Below are positions 1 through 11,805 of a stretch of 64,000 nucleotides of DNA, one piece after another. The notes below the pieces were generated by a model. The model was not told where the DNA came from. It saw nothing but the letters and a program-made list of their open reading frames with translations, and searched no databases. Both the position numbers and the translations under genes were made by a program. Source of the stretch: Blepharisma stoltei ATCC 30299 (Eukaryota; Protista; Ciliophora); contig CBFDEM010000005.1 in the NCBI GenBank assembly GCA_965603825.1, positions 620,001 through 684,000 of the forward strand, read 5' to 3'. Position 1 is the first letter of the stretch. Every line of letters starts with the position of its first letter.

Positions 1-555
1 TTTGTGCTTGAAGAAAAGTTTTTGAAGAAATTGAAGATTGATCCATTGAAAGCTGTCGGAATAGAAGGTATTTCAGGGATCTTTTATTTTGCGATAATCC
101 TTCCAATATTAAACGCCATACCTTGTCATGGCAGTGATATGTGCTCTGATGGGTATGTGGAAGACTCTCTTAATGCTTTCTACCAAATAGGGACGAATGG
201 CCTGCTCTTTTTCGTATGGTGCTTTTTCATGATCACAATCTGTTTTTTTAATTGGACAAGCATTGGAACTACAAGTGCTGCAAGTGCACTTGTCAGATCA
301 ATAGCTGATGCAACCAGAGCAATTATCATTTGGATTATCAGCATTTCAGTAGGATGGGAAGAGTTTGTATGGCTTCAACTTATAGGATTCCTTATTTTGC
401 TTCTGGGGACAATGACTTATAACGAAGTGATTGTTTTGCCTGGATTTAAAAATTCAGTTATGAAAAAGAGACAAGATAAGGAGTTAGCTGCGAAGATAGA
501 GCAAGAGAATATCAAAGCTATTCGAATAAGTGACATAACTAAAGATGCCAATTAA
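1..555 (+). CDS. SLC35F6-like drug/metabolite transporter, 5' truncated by window edge
   Basis: Multi-TM ORF open at position 1; motifs 'PLKAVGIEG', 'EDSLNAF', 'RAIIIW...GWEEF..LQLIGF'; ends TAA. Confidence 0.7.
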   Translation, partial: FVLEEKFLKKLKIDPLKAVGIEGISGIFYFAIILPILNAIPCHGSDMCSDGYVEDSLNAFYQIGTNGLLFFVWCFFMITICFFNWTSIGTTSAASALVRSIADATRAIIIWIISISVGWEEFVWLQLIGFLILLLGTMTYNEVIVLPGFKNSVMKKRQDKELAAKIEQENIKAIRISDITKDAN

Positions 556-638
556 TTTTTATTAGGGAGTATATGATCATGAGTTAAATTCTTTTTGTGC
601 ATTCTATTTTTGAAGAATTATCATTAACTAAATGTTAA

Positions 639-1283
639 TTAAGCTTTGACTGCATCAGGCTGATTTTCAGGGGCAGCTCTTTGGATTTCAGGCAAAGCTA
701 ATAGAGCTTCAGTAACTCTGGAAACAATTGGGAATGGAGTCAAATCCACATTAAACCTTCTTGCGTTATAAACTTGAGGAACAAGACATGCATCAGCAAT
801 GGTAAGCTGATCACCTACACAATATGTCCCTGCAACTTGTTCTAGCACTCTTTCAACAGCTCTGAGCCCGTCAGTAATAACTTCAGCAGCCCACTCAGTT
901 TTATTCCCTCCTAGAGCTTCAATTCTATTAATAATTGTCAAGTTTTGCAATGGCTGGATCCATGAATTAATTATTTCACAAATTTCCCACATCTTGGCCC
1001 TAAGAATCGGTGTAGAAGGAAGTACAGAAGGAGTTGGTTGGATGTCTTCAAGATAATGAATAATGGCTAAGCTTTGAGATATTCCAACACCTTCTCCATG
1101 TAGGTATGGGACTTGCTTAAGAGGATTCTTCTCAATGAACTCATCGCCCTTTTGTTCTCCTGAAAGAAGATTGATAGCATGGTAATGGTGTGGGATGTTT
1201 TTGATGCTCAAAACAATTCTGACTCTCCAGCTGCATGAGCTTCTCCAATAGCTGAAAAGGGTGTAGTCCATATTCGAAGACAT
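639..1283 (-). CDS. GSTZ1: Glutathione S-transferase zeta / maleylacetoacetate isomerase
   Basis: 'SYWRSSCSWRVRI' zeta-class signature, 'NPLKQVP', 'ADACLVPQVYNARRF', 'PENQPDA'. Confidence 0.92.
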   Translation of the reverse strand: MSSNMDYTLFSYWRSSCSWRVRIVLSIKNIPHHYHAINLLSGEQKGDEFIEKNPLKQVPYLHGEGVGISQSLAIIHYLEDIQPTPSVLPSTPILRAKMWEICEIINSWIQPLQNLTIINRIEALGGNKTEWAAEVITDGLRAVERVLEQVAGTYCVGDQLTIADACLVPQVYNARRFNVDLTPFPIVSRVTEALLALPEIQRAAPENQPDAVKA

Positions 1284-1344
1284 TTTATTGTTAATTTGAA
1301 TAGCTGGATAGTCTAAAATTGATTAATTAAGCTTCTAACAGGAA

Positions 1345-1644
1345 TTAGGCTGAACCACCGTTATCTTTAAAGTCATACAAAAATGGAAGCAGGATATCAC
1401 AGTCTTCTTTTACAAGAGTTCCATCGGCACACATTTCTTCAGCGTTCAAGATTCCATCTTCTACAGTTGCGATGCCGTTAGAGACATCCTTAGTGATCCA
1501 GTTTGTGATTTCATGTGAAATTTCGGCATCGGACAATTGTTCTAGGAAGTTTGTTTTGGAGAACATTCCTTTCTTTATTGCATCTGCATCAACTGCTAAG
1601 CAGGAAACTACAATGAGAGCACAGATTAAAATTTTGGTTGCCAT
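1345..1644 (-). CDS. Small secreted protein of unknown function (99 aa)
   Basis: ATG to TAA; hydrophobic signal-peptide-like N-terminus MATKILICALIVVSCLA; acidic mature part with two Cys. Confidence 0.65.
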   Translation of the reverse strand: MATKILICALIVVSCLAVDADAIKKGMFSKTNFLEQLSDAEISHEITNWITKDVSNGIATVEDGILNAEEMCADGTLVKEDCDILLPFLYDFKDNGGSA

Positions 1645-1906
1645 TATATGTTTATATTTGTTTAAAAATTAACGTTAAGATTTGTTAGTAAGCTAACGTT
1701 CAATGAACAAAAATGGAGTTTTTAACAATTTGAGCACACATTGAAAATTAAGGCAATCTTAAAAAGTGGGATTGATAATTAAATTCTATATGTAATAGTA
1801 TTAAGTGTCAGGAGTTCTTAGCATAAAAATATTCACACATTAGAGAGCAGATTGTTTTGAGAGGCATTCCAAAACATAAAAAAAGTAAAATATGAACATA
1901 TAAATC

Positions 1907-4237
1907 ATGTTTCTTCATATACCCGATATCAGTGTATCCTCCACATAGTTCGTAGCAGTAGGGAATACAAGCTTGGAAACAGAAGACCAAGGATTTGAAA
2001 CCGAGGAATTATCCCCTCAATCCAATTATGGAAGTTCGAATATTCTAGTAGCTGTAAGATGCAGACCATTTTCTACTAAAGAGCTTCAGACAAACAACCA
2101 AAGTATTATCCGCGTGCTCGATGCCAATTCTCTTATAGTTCTTACAGGCGGGTCAAAAATAAGAAGAAACAAGCCTGAAACCTTTATATTTGACTACGTC
2201 TTCAATGAAACAGCATCTCAAAAAGAAATTTTTGAAAAATCAACTCTTACACTAATTGACGGAGTTCTCAATGGCTTCAATTCTACAATTTTCGCGTATG
2301 GGGCCACTGGGACTGGTAAAACCTATACCATGATAGGAGATGGAAATTCTGCAGGGATCATTCCTGCAGCTTTCACTGATCTTTTCACAAAAATTGAAGC
2401 CAACCAACGAGAAAGAACTTATAGTGTAAGGATGAGTTATCTAGAAATTTATAACGAGTCTCTCAAAGATTTGATTTATCCGAGCAATATCGTTCTTGAT
2501 ATCAGGGAAGACCCTATTAAAGGAATCATAGTTTCAAATCTGACTGAATATATGGCAACGAATATTCAAGAAGTTATGGAGTGCTTAAACTTAGGAAACC
2601 AAAGAAGGACAGTTGAATCGAATGAAGTCAATGTGGTGTCAAGCAGGTCTCATGCGATATTACAGATAATCATTGAAAGTAGAGATAAAGCCTCAGGGAT
2701 TGAATCTGAGCTAACTATTGGAAAGCTGTCTATGGTTGACTTGGCAGGTTCTGAAAGAAATATTATGACGAATAATAAGGGGATAAGGCTTATAGAAGGA
2801 TCAAATATTAATAAATCGTTGCTTGCATTAGGGAATTGTATTAACGCCCTGAGTGAAAGAAATGAAAGGGGAGGAAGGATATTTATCCCATATAGAGACT
2901 CTAAGCTTACCAGACTTCTTAAAGACTCCTTAGGAGGAAACTGCAAAACAGTCATGATTGCGTGCATTTCCCCTTATTTTGAGTGCTGCCTCGACACATT
3001 AAACACACTTAAATATGCACGAAGAGCTAAAACTATCAAAACATGCATCAAGCGAAACATAGTCAACACTTCCCATCACATTGCAAACTACACCACAATA
3101 ATTGCCCAGCTCAGGCAAGAGGTATCCTCTCTGAAAAGCCTATTAATTCAAAATAAATCAGGCAACTTTTCTCCAGTTGGAGTAGAAGGCCATCAAATTG
3201 AAATCAACAAGCACTTCCAAGCAGAAGCCAAGATAAGAAAGAAACTATTCAAAATCCAGCAATGGAAAGATGATATCGGATTTATTTTGTTTTCAAAGCA
3301 AACTGAACTGAACCATCTGAAGTCGCAAAAAGAAAGAGATGAAAACCTTTTAAACTCTTTAGGGGCTGAGATTGAAACTCTTACAGCTTCACTCAATAAT
3401 CAATGAATTGAAGAGGAAAAGATGAATATCAAGCTAAAAGAGCTAGAGTCTAAACGTAATGAGTTTTATCGAACCTGAATGAGCAGTGGGCTCTCAGAAT
3501 CCCAACTGTCTAGCCTAAAAATATATCTAAAAGAAAACATCTTTTCAATGAACATGATTTCCCTCAATAAAGGCAAAAAAAGCGAAAGCTCTTTTATAAA
3601 GCAAAAGGATGCATATATTAAGCAACTTGAAGAACAGCTAAAATTACGTGACAATATAATTAAAAAAAACCAAAAAATCTTAAAGGACTCTAATCTTCGA
3701 GCATCTCCTGAGCTAAAAGAAGCTTATGAGCAGATCCAAACACTCAAAGAAGTCAATTCATCCTCTATTCTAACCCCTGATTTTAGTTCTAAGCCTTACA
3801 CCTCACTAACTCCTGGGCCATCTGATAAGAGTCTTATATTTCCTCCAGTCCTAAATAGCCAAAGATCGCGACTGAAAAGAAAATCTGAAATCATCCCTCC
3901 CAATTTTAGCCTAAACAGACCCAAAAGAAAGACTTCTTTTGAGTCACCAAAGCGGACTGGAATTAATTTCTTGCATCCAGAAGCATCAAAAATGAGCTTG
4001 CACAACAGGAGCTTGAGCGGGATCAAAGCCAAAGCAGAGAACAGTTATTCCCAAATAAGTATCGAAAAAAATAAGCCAAAATCTAAAGCGCCCGCTAATT
4101 CAATAGCAGATAAATACAAGCAGAGCCTGTATATTCAACGACCGAGTAAATACCCAATCCAGCGAAAAAGCCGAATTTTCCAAGTGAGAAACTACTTTTC
4201 TCAAATCCGAAAAGTATCCAGCACATATGTAATGTAA
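1907..4237 (+). CDS. Kinesin-8-like (KIF18/KIF19) motor protein
   Basis: 'VAVRCRP', P-loop 'GATGTGKT', 'SSRSH', 'DLAGSE', 'IPYRDSKLTRLLKDSLGGN'; ORF pieces joined by in-frame TGA at 3404 and 3476; start at ATG 1907 needs the predicted intron 1934-1948 (5' end less certain). Confidence 0.85.
1934..1948 (+). other. Predicted 15-nt spliceosomal intron (kinesin)
   Basis: GTATCCTCCACATAG; removes an in-frame TAG and links ATG 1907 to the motor ORF. Confidence 0.6.
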
Positions 4238-4262
4238 TTAATCTAAGATATTTTATAATAAT

Positions 4263-4559
4263 ATGAGGAAAGCATGGCTTCTCCTCCTACTGTTATTGAG
4301 CCTTTCTTGTGCTCAATACAGTGGAGTTATTATGAAAAGCTGTTCTGGTTGACGCTTGAACAGGCTGCCACTTGTAAAAAAATTCATTAGAGAAGACTCC
4401 GAATTCTATAACTTGGAAATTATATATGAGGGCGGAGATCCCAGACTTATCTTTATAGACGAAACCGGCAAAGAAGCTGAGACCGTAAACGTCTCCGACT
4501 TGGATCAAAAAGGTATCAAAAAGGTGCTGGAAGACCATGGGTTTTACCCAACTCACTAA
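4263..4559 (+). CDS. SELENOM: Selenoprotein M / Sep15-SelM family protein (CxxU), TGA 4350-4352 predicted Sec
   Basis: Signal peptide MRKAWLLLLLLLSLSCA, then 'KSCSG[TGA]RLNRLPLVKKFI' matching SelM 'CGGUQLNRLKEVKAFV'; 'GGDPRLIF'; 'LEDHGFY' C-terminus. Confidence 0.88.
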
Positions 4560-4630
4560 TTTTATTGAATTTGGCAAGTGAAGTTTCTCCCTCAATGCTG
4601 GAAGAAAGTGAGCCGATTAGTTCAGTAAAA
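4560..4630 (+). promoter_or_regulatory. Putative SECIS element in the selenoprotein 3' UTR
   Basis: Hand-folded hairpin: TTTTATTGAA(4560-69) pairs TTCAGTAAAA(4621-30); TTGGC pairs GCCGA; core GTGA(4578-81) opposite TGAG(4609-12); TTTCT/AGAAA and CC/GG upper helix; apical AA at 4594-95, 12 nt after GTGA. Confidence 0.7.
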
Positions 4631-4718
4631 GTTATAATGCAAAATTTACTGTAAATTTGTGCTTTATTAATAGTCTTTTGGTTATTTTCATATAAAATCA
4701 ATTTATAAAGCAGTTATC

Positions 4719-5885
4719 ATGGCGAGGCCAACTCATGTAGACAGTCAAAGAATAATTTCTCTGCTAGAGGAGATGAACCAGAAGCTCAGAATCCTCTCGT
4801 GGCTTTCTGAAGAAAACCTTGAAGAAGTTTCATATCGGCAAGAAGAGCTCAGCAGCATTTTAGATGGAGATCTTGTAATCAGTTTAATCAACCATCTCCG
4901 TCTTATGCAAGCTTTCAATCAATATATTACCAAAAGTGACGGAAGATTAATAGATATCCATGACATCGACATAGAAAACGAAATCCCAGAAGACGCCAAA
5001 ACAATCGGCCACCATCTGGAAGTTAGCACAAGTGAAGTTTGCCGATGGCTGGCAAAAGACCCATCTTCCTTCGAATATCTCACCAAAATGATCAGCCGCA
5101 CTTCTTCAGGGACCAGAAACTTCTCTGAGACCACCAAGGACTTGCAAAAACTCTATTTAAATAAGCTAATGACTCCAGTTGAAGAAGAAATGAACAGGGA
5201 GCGTGAGCTTCAAGAAATCGAAGAAAAACTGACCAAGTCAAAACAAGAAGAATCCTCCTGGAACGACAAGCTGACAAACTTAAGGCGGCAACGAGAAGAA
5301 GGCAGAGAGAACAGGAACAAAGAAATCCAAAAACTCAAAGCAGAAATAGAAAAAATAAAAAAGGAAACTGAAGACCGTATCAATGGAATCAATAAAACAA
5401 TACAGAACAGGCAAAAGAAGTCCAAGCAAGAATACGAAAGCAAGTTTACCAGCCTTGCACAACAGTTCGAGCAGCTTACCAAAGAAGTTGACGACTTAAG
5501 AGCTGCTAATAAAGTCAAAGAAGACTCATTAATTGGAAATAAACAAAAACTAATGCATAGGCTGGGTGACAATATCAAGGACTATGACAGAGATATGATT
5601 GACAACCAGCAGCAGCACGAAAGAGAAGAAAAAACTTTCAACGAAAATAAAAAAGCTTTAGAAATGATAGAAGATCACATTAGACAGTTGAGAATGGAAA
5701 AGAAAAGAATGGAGGAAGAAGAAGCCAAAGAAGCGCTGAAGCGCAAGAACTTCGACGCACTAATGAGCCAGAAGAACACTGCTTCTGAGTACATCTCAGC
5801 ACACTGGAAAGGATACAAATCAAGACTTGACTATGAGAAGCTGAAAAAGAGCAAGAAAAAGAGGAGAGGCAAAAAAGGTAAATAA
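4719..5885 (+). CDS. DRC10: Dynein regulatory complex subunit 10 (IQCD-like)
   Basis: Long coiled coil, C-terminal IQ-like 'ASEYISAHWKGYKSR' and basic tail KKKRRGKKGK. Confidence 0.7.
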   Translation: MARPTHVDSQRIISLLEEMNQKLRILSWLSEENLEEVSYRQEELSSILDGDLVISLINHLRLMQAFNQYITKSDGRLIDIHDIDIENEIPEDAKTIGHHLEVSTSEVCRWLAKDPSSFEYLTKMISRTSSGTRNFSETTKDLQKLYLNKLMTPVEEEMNRERELQEIEEKLTKSKQEESSWNDKLTNLRRQREEGRENRNKEIQKLKAEIEKIKKETEDRINGINKTIQNRQKKSKQEYESKFTSLAQQFEQLTKEVDDLRAANKVKEDSLIGNKQKLMHRLGDNIKDYDRDMIDNQQQHEREEKTFNENKKALEMIEDHIRQLRMEKKRMEEEEAKEALKRKNFDALMSQKNTASEYISAHWKGYKSRLDYEKLKKSKKKRRGKKGK

Positions 5886-5930
5886 CTCTTTCATAATAAC
5901 TAATAGAAAATATGTAAAAAAGCCGTTAAT

Positions 5931-6659
5931 ATGAACGGAGAAAGATACGAGAGAGATAGATTTCAGTCAAGAAGAGTAGAAATGCAAAGCAGGAATGAGC
6001 CAAACCATGTTTATCAGCATTCGCTTACAGAAAGATACAGAAATGTGGAGGATGTTTATAATTCTCCAGATCGTGAGTGTGAATTTTCCCCAAGCCTGAA
6101 CTATTCTTTCAGTGAAGAGAGGTCTAATAGATACGAAGACAATACATATCCTATCCCTGTCCAGCTAAATACAAAATTTATGACTCCTGAGCGCGAGCAT
6201 AAAGAATTTGATATAAAAGATGAATGGGATGAACTAGAAGAAAGGATTAAGAGACTAAAAGAAAAGGTCACTACTCCAATAAGGCCGAAAGAAACACCTA
6301 GAACGCCAGAAACGTCTCAAACAACTTCATCATCTTTAAAAAAATCAGAAAGCCTAAAGGCAAATAATTTATACTCAAAATACAACACACTTTCCCCTTA
6401 TGCTAAATCTACGTTCAGCCATGATGTCAGGACAATGGAAAACAAGAAATACACCTATAAGCAAGTTCAAAGTCCAAAGCCTTCAAGCAGAAAATCGTCA
6501 CTTTCTAGAGAATCCCAGTACCTTGAAAACTTCCCTCTTGAAGAAAAGTACATAAAAGGATTAATTGAAATTGTAAAGCGACACTGCAAAGGATGCTATA
6601 GTTTCAAGCAAGAAATCATTCGATATAATCGAAGCTATATGTCAAATAATGAGGATTAA
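5931..6659 (+). CDS. Hypothetical Ser/Arg/Glu-rich protein
   Basis: 242-aa ATG-TAA ORF; no family recognised. Confidence 0.6.
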   Translation: MNGERYERDRFQSRRVEMQSRNEPNHVYQHSLTERYRNVEDVYNSPDRECEFSPSLNYSFSEERSNRYEDNTYPIPVQLNTKFMTPEREHKEFDIKDEWDELEERIKRLKEKVTTPIRPKETPRTPETSQTTSSSLKKSESLKANNLYSKYNTLSPYAKSTFSHDVRTMENKKYTYKQVQSPKPSSRKSSLSRESQYLENFPLEEKYIKGLIEIVKRHCKGCYSFKQEIIRYNRSYMSNNED

Positions 6660-6685
6660 TTTAAATTTGTACAGGAAATAATTAT

Positions 6686-7756
6686 TTATTTCTTTTTTGA
6701 GTTGCTAGGGGTTCTTCGTGACGATTTTGGGGACTCGCATCGGACTTTTACTATTTTGTTGCCTTGTTCTTCCTCTTCTTTTACTCCAGGCATAAAATTT
6801 AAATCTGTCCCTTGGAAGCGGCTAAGGTTGCGACTAGGTTCAGGGATGCTTTCGACATAAGGAGACCCAAAAAGTTCTTGATAAAGCCAAATTATTTTAT
6901 TTCTAATAAGAGCTGAGCTGACTGTATAATGGTCGACTATATAAACAGCTTTGGAGATAAATTCCATAGCATCGGCTCTCAAATAAGTGTGAAGCGCTTC
7001 GACTGAAAGATTGTAAAGAGAAATTGCTTGATAAGAGTTATAAATCTCGACGTCTTGAGGGTTTGCAAGCTGGAGGTGGTCACTGTATTTCGATAAAACT
7101 TCTAAAGCTTCTATGTTCAGTTCCAGAGCTTTTTGATGATGGCCAGTTAAACAGGCAGCATATCCAGATAATGATGAAATAAGCACAGGCTCTTCATATA
7201 CGTCAAGATTTCTAGACAAATCCAGGCCTCTCAGCAAGAACTCCAAAGCTGCGCTTGGCTTTTTTTGCTTGATATAATAGTATCCAGTGCTGATTTTCTC
7301 TTACTATAAAAAGACTCTGACTCTTATTCGCTTTTTGTTTTTGAACTTTATTTTCGAAGATTTTTCTGTCAATTCTTGCAGAATACCTAGCAGTAAATAA
7401 GCCTTCATGCTTTTCCCTTTGTTCATGCAATGCAAAAATCATGTGATGACAATTTCACAAAATTTGTTTGCCTGCTCAGAAATCTGCATATGGTTTACCA
7501 ATTTTGGACTTCTTAAAGCAGCTTTTTTTAGTGGTAAAGTAGCTAACCAAGCTTTAGCAGCTTTTGAAAATTTTTTTTGCTGCTCAAAGCCAAACGCTTT
7601 GTACTCTTTTTCTGCTTATTTCTTACGCTCTATTTCAGGAAAAGATGTAATGTCGAGATCTCTGCACACAATTGAAATCGGCTGTATTTCAGTTAAACTT
7701 TGTAAAGGACTTTCTCCGAATATAGATATGATATTAACAGGCTTTCTACTATTCAT
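6686..7756 (-). CDS. Hypothetical helical/TPR-like protein (2 introns, 1 TGA-Trp)
   Basis: Continuous frame from ATG 7756 to TAA 6686 after removing introns 7612-7626 and 7290-7304 and reading TGA 7439-41 as Trp; TPR-like 'GHHQKALELNIEAL', 'AISLYNLSVE'. Confidence 0.65.
7290..7304 (-). other. 15-nt intron
   Basis: GTAAGAGAAAATCAG; removal eliminates in-frame stops. Confidence 0.75.
7612..7626 (-). other. 15-nt intron
   Basis: GTAAGAAATAAGCAG; contains an in-frame TAA. Confidence 0.75.
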
Positions 7757-7842
7757 TAAAAATTATGAAAAATTCTGCATTGTAGCATTATGATTTAAAT
7801 TGCTATATGAAATTACAACCCTAGCTGAAAATTAATGAAGCA

Positions 7843-10206
7843 TTAAACTTCTTTGATCGGTGAGACATTCCTAGTGATTCTCTGTGACGTATTGTTTGAC
7901 CGTGACCTTTTTTTTCTTTCTTCTTTCATTCTGCTCGCTAGCTTCTCACTTGCCAAAAATGTCTTGGTTTCTTCAAGCTTATTCATGATGACTCCTTTTT
8001 TTCTTTTCGGAGAAGGACTATGCTTCAAGTCCCGCTTTGATTCTTTTCTTTTGCTTTCTTTAGGACTTCTAAGTGAAGCGATTTCTTCCTTTTTGGCATC
8101 CAGTCTTTCCTTTAAAATTTTCAATGTGTTCCCAGCGTTTCTTTTCCCAGCCTCTTCTAAGAAAAGTTTATCATTAAGCTGAGAAACGACTTCATTAGAC
8201 TGCCCCCTCTTCAGTGCTGTCTCTTCTCTTACAGAACTTCTCTTTTTTTCTGCTCTTTTGGTTTCAGCTACCGCATGAGCTATTTTGTCAGCTAAATCGT
8301 TCATGGTTCATTCACTTTGTGATTTCAACAGTTGGCACTCTTGGTTTATATTATTCAAATTTTCGCTTAATTCTTCATTTAGGCGCTTCAATGATAAATA
8401 CTCGCTATGCAGGACTTCTACTTTGACTTCTTCATTCTCTTTCATGATATCAAGCTTGTCATTGTCGCTATCCAATTTCATTTCTGCTTCTTCGTGCTCC
8501 CTTCTCATAAGATGGAGCTTCCATTGGATTTCTTCGACTTCTTGGTGATCAATTGTGAGTTTTTCGATTTTTTCTCTGAGCTTTGGGATTATTTTTTTGC
8601 TGTGGTTTTCTTTGTTCCTCTTCATGTTCTGCCTGATGTCGTTGATGTATTTTAGGTTTACTGGGTTCAAGTCTAAAACGAGCCTTAAAATATTTTGGTT
8701 TAGCCTAGAAACTTCGTATAGGATTTGTCCAGCTTCATCTTTTATAGAGTTATCTTTTAAGACTAGGCTTTCAAGTGTGGTGTTTTCTTTTAAGGCTTGG
8801 CCTAATGAAATTCCTCCAGCATTCTTGATTTTATTCCCAGATAAGTCTAGAGTTGTGAGTTTTGTGTTTTTGGCGAGCCCAAGAGCTATAAGTTCAGCTC
8901 CTTCATCTCTGATTAAGTTATTGCTGAGATCTAGAGTTTCTAAAGTCTTGTTTTTAGTCAATCCTTCAGTAATGTCACTAATCTGTTCTGGCTTTATCCC
9001 ACATTTCCCTATATGCAGTTCTTTAAGTACTACATTATCAATAAGCAAAGCCAAAAACGCAGAAGAAAGTCCTTGGGTTAAAGGGTTATCATTTAAGATC
9101 AGGTATCGCATTTGGATATTCATACGCAGCGATTCAAAAATTTTTGCAGCACCTTTTGTTCCTATTTCACAACTAGAAGCATCAAGCTTGATAAGTGGAC
9201 ATGAGCCTTCATAAGCTCCTATTATCATTAGCGATAGATATTCAGCTCCGTCACTTCCAATACGATTTGAAGACACATTGAGCTCCCTAACGTTGGTAGT
9301 CACCAGCGTTTTCGTAAGCAATTCCATACATTGCCAATCCAAGTTATTATTTGCAAGGTTCAAAGATACCAGAGACTTATTTTCATTTAGTCCTTCAGCA
9401 ATATATTGAACTCCTTCTAGTCCGATTGAAATTCCTGACAAATTTAAAAATTCCAATATTCTGTTTGATTTTAGCACTATCCCCAAAGCTTGGGCTCCTT
9501 CAATCCCCAGCCTATTTCTATGCAGTCCTTCATGAGATGACACATCAATGCTCGCTAAGCTTGGATGTGTCTTAATAATTTTAAAAATTTCTGCAGCCCC
9601 ACTTGGAGTGATATCATTACTGCTGATATCAAGGTGCACAAGTGAAAAATTTTTCCTCAAAAGCTTGATTAACTGTATAACGCCTTCATCTCCAATAGTG
9701 TTTTTCCCAAGCTGTATACATGAGAAATTCATATTATTCCTTAAAATTTCCCCAATGACTTTAGCTGATTCTTGTCCTAGTCCAGATTCAATCATATCGA
9801 ATTTCCTATCTTTGAAGTGAGTCAGACAAGAATTGAAGAACCTTGACTCTTGGTCAGGAATTACTGTGATTCCCAGGTCTGCACATTTGGCTTTGTAAAT
9901 TTTTTGCAGTTGAATGACAGTAAGGCCTTCAATGGCTGCTTTTGGGATAGTGCCTATTGAAAGAGATCTGGTAGGAGCTGTGGTGGGTCTTGAACTTTTG
10001 ACGATTTGGTTTGTACCGTCTTTAGAATCTTTGAGGACTATGCGATTTGGAGTTAGTAATCTCATCCGAGGGTTGGGCGGACGGGAAGTTTTGGAAAACT
10101 TAGTTGGCTTGTTCTCGTCGTTATTTTCGTCAGGACGAGTTATGAGGAGTGACTGCAGCTTGCCCCAGGAGTTTGAGATGCTGATTTTCTGGCTGGATTC
10201 TAACAT
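7843..10206 (-). CDS. RNI-like leucine-rich-repeat protein with C-terminal coiled coil
   Basis: Repeated LxxLxLxxNxIxxxG units; two ORFs joined by in-frame TGA at 8308-10. Confidence 0.85.
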
Positions 10207-10516
10207 TTTTAAATATTTTATGGTTTCATAATGTTAATAATTTTAAAAAAGCATGAAGTCTGAGTTTGTTCTTATCCAGAAGGAGCTTTATATTCATCTC
10301 TATAGTATAGTCACTTAAATTGACAAATCTTTGCTAAAAAATTATAAAACATGAGTAAAAAGATTGCCATAATTCGTAAATCAAGCCAAAATCAGCATTA
10401 ATTACCATAAATATAAGGTATATAAAGAAAATATCCAGAATAAATTAATCCACTTTAAAATTCAATAGTAAAATTTGATTGATAGATTAGCATATTTATA
10501 TATTTTAAGGCAAAAA

Positions 10517-11743
10517 ATGCAATCTAACAATGTCATGTGGAAGAAGCCCAAAGCTCTTCTGTGTCATATATGGTAAAAAAGAAATAGTGGCAGAGAGTTC
10601 GGAACTGCATCCCTCGAAATCCACCAAAAAAGCTGTGCCAAGAAATGGGAAGAAAAGGAAGCTTTAAAACCTCCTAAAATGCGAAAGCCAGTTCCCACAG
10701 CTCCACAAGCCGCTTTAGGTAGAACTACTCAGGCTAATATAGATAAGTATAATGAAAGTGCCTCCAAAGCTTTTGAAAGCCAAGCAATGGCGCGATGCCC
10801 TAATTGTTCTCGGACTTTTTTAGAAGACAGACTTGAAGTTCACCTGCGCAGCTGCACTTCAGCTAAACCTCATAGGGGAATTGGACAGGTATCTGCAACT
10901 CAAGCAATAAATGCTGATGAGGCCTATGGAAATGAAGATATGAGCTTAGTTTCATGCAGAAAATGTGGGAGAAAGTTCAACTCTGACCGTATTGACTATC
11001 ATCAAAGTGTCTGCAAAGGGCCGACGTCAGCTCCTGCAAAGCCAGTTGTAGCTCCTAGGAAGCCACAAAAAAAGAAAAACGAGATGCCGAAATGGAAAAA
11101 GGAGCATATTGATTTTGTTAATAACATAAAATATGCCAAGAAGATGAAAATCGTGCAAGAAAGAGGTGGGGATATCAGAGATATTGCGCCACCCCCACAG
11201 ATGTTTGATCCAACTGAAGAGTATAAACAATGTCCGTATTGCTCGAGAAAATTTGCTCCTGAGACTGCGCTTAGGCATATACCAAAATGTAAAACAACTA
11301 TAAATAAGCCAAAACCGCCACCAAAAGCGGTTCAAGGCAGTGTTAGAGCACCAGAGCCTGCTATGCTTGCTCAAAATAGAGATGAGCCGAAAAGAATGAG
11401 TCAAAGCTTCAAACCTGCTCCAAGTCAGGCAAAAACAAATATTCAGCCAACTGTAAGTCAAATTAGAGCAAATGAGCAAAGTTTTAGACCCGCTCCAAGT
11501 CAAATAAAGCAGCCTGAAGTTAGAAGAGCTGACAATGGTGTTAAAAATTCTCAGAGTCAAAAGCGCTTAGAAGAATCAAAGAAGCAGATAAATTCTGAAT
11601 CATTGAAACCATCCTCAAGAATTGCAAACCCTACATCTTCAAAAGTAAACGCTGCCCCTGCTAGCTCTGCCAATTGTTTTAGATGCGGTTCAAGATTCCA
11701 GCCAAACGCTAAATTCTGCAGTTCTTGCGGTTCAAAAAGATAA
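10517..11743 (+). CDS. C2HC zinc-finger protein (ZC2HC1/ZNF474-like) with C-terminal zinc ribbon
   Basis: After intron removal: 'CHICGREFGTASLEIHQKSC', 'CPNCSRTF...HLRSC', 'CRKCGRKF...HQSVC', 'CPYCSRKF...HIPKC', terminal 'CFRCG...FCSSCG'. Confidence 0.85.
10573..10587 (+). other. 15-nt intron
   Basis: GTAAAAAAGAAATAG; removal restores the CxxC Cys codon (TG|T). Confidence 0.9.
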
Positions 11744-11805
11744 TCTCCATTTTATCTCGTATTTCTTAACTAAAATTTCATAAAAATAAATCAATAAACC
11801 GCAAA

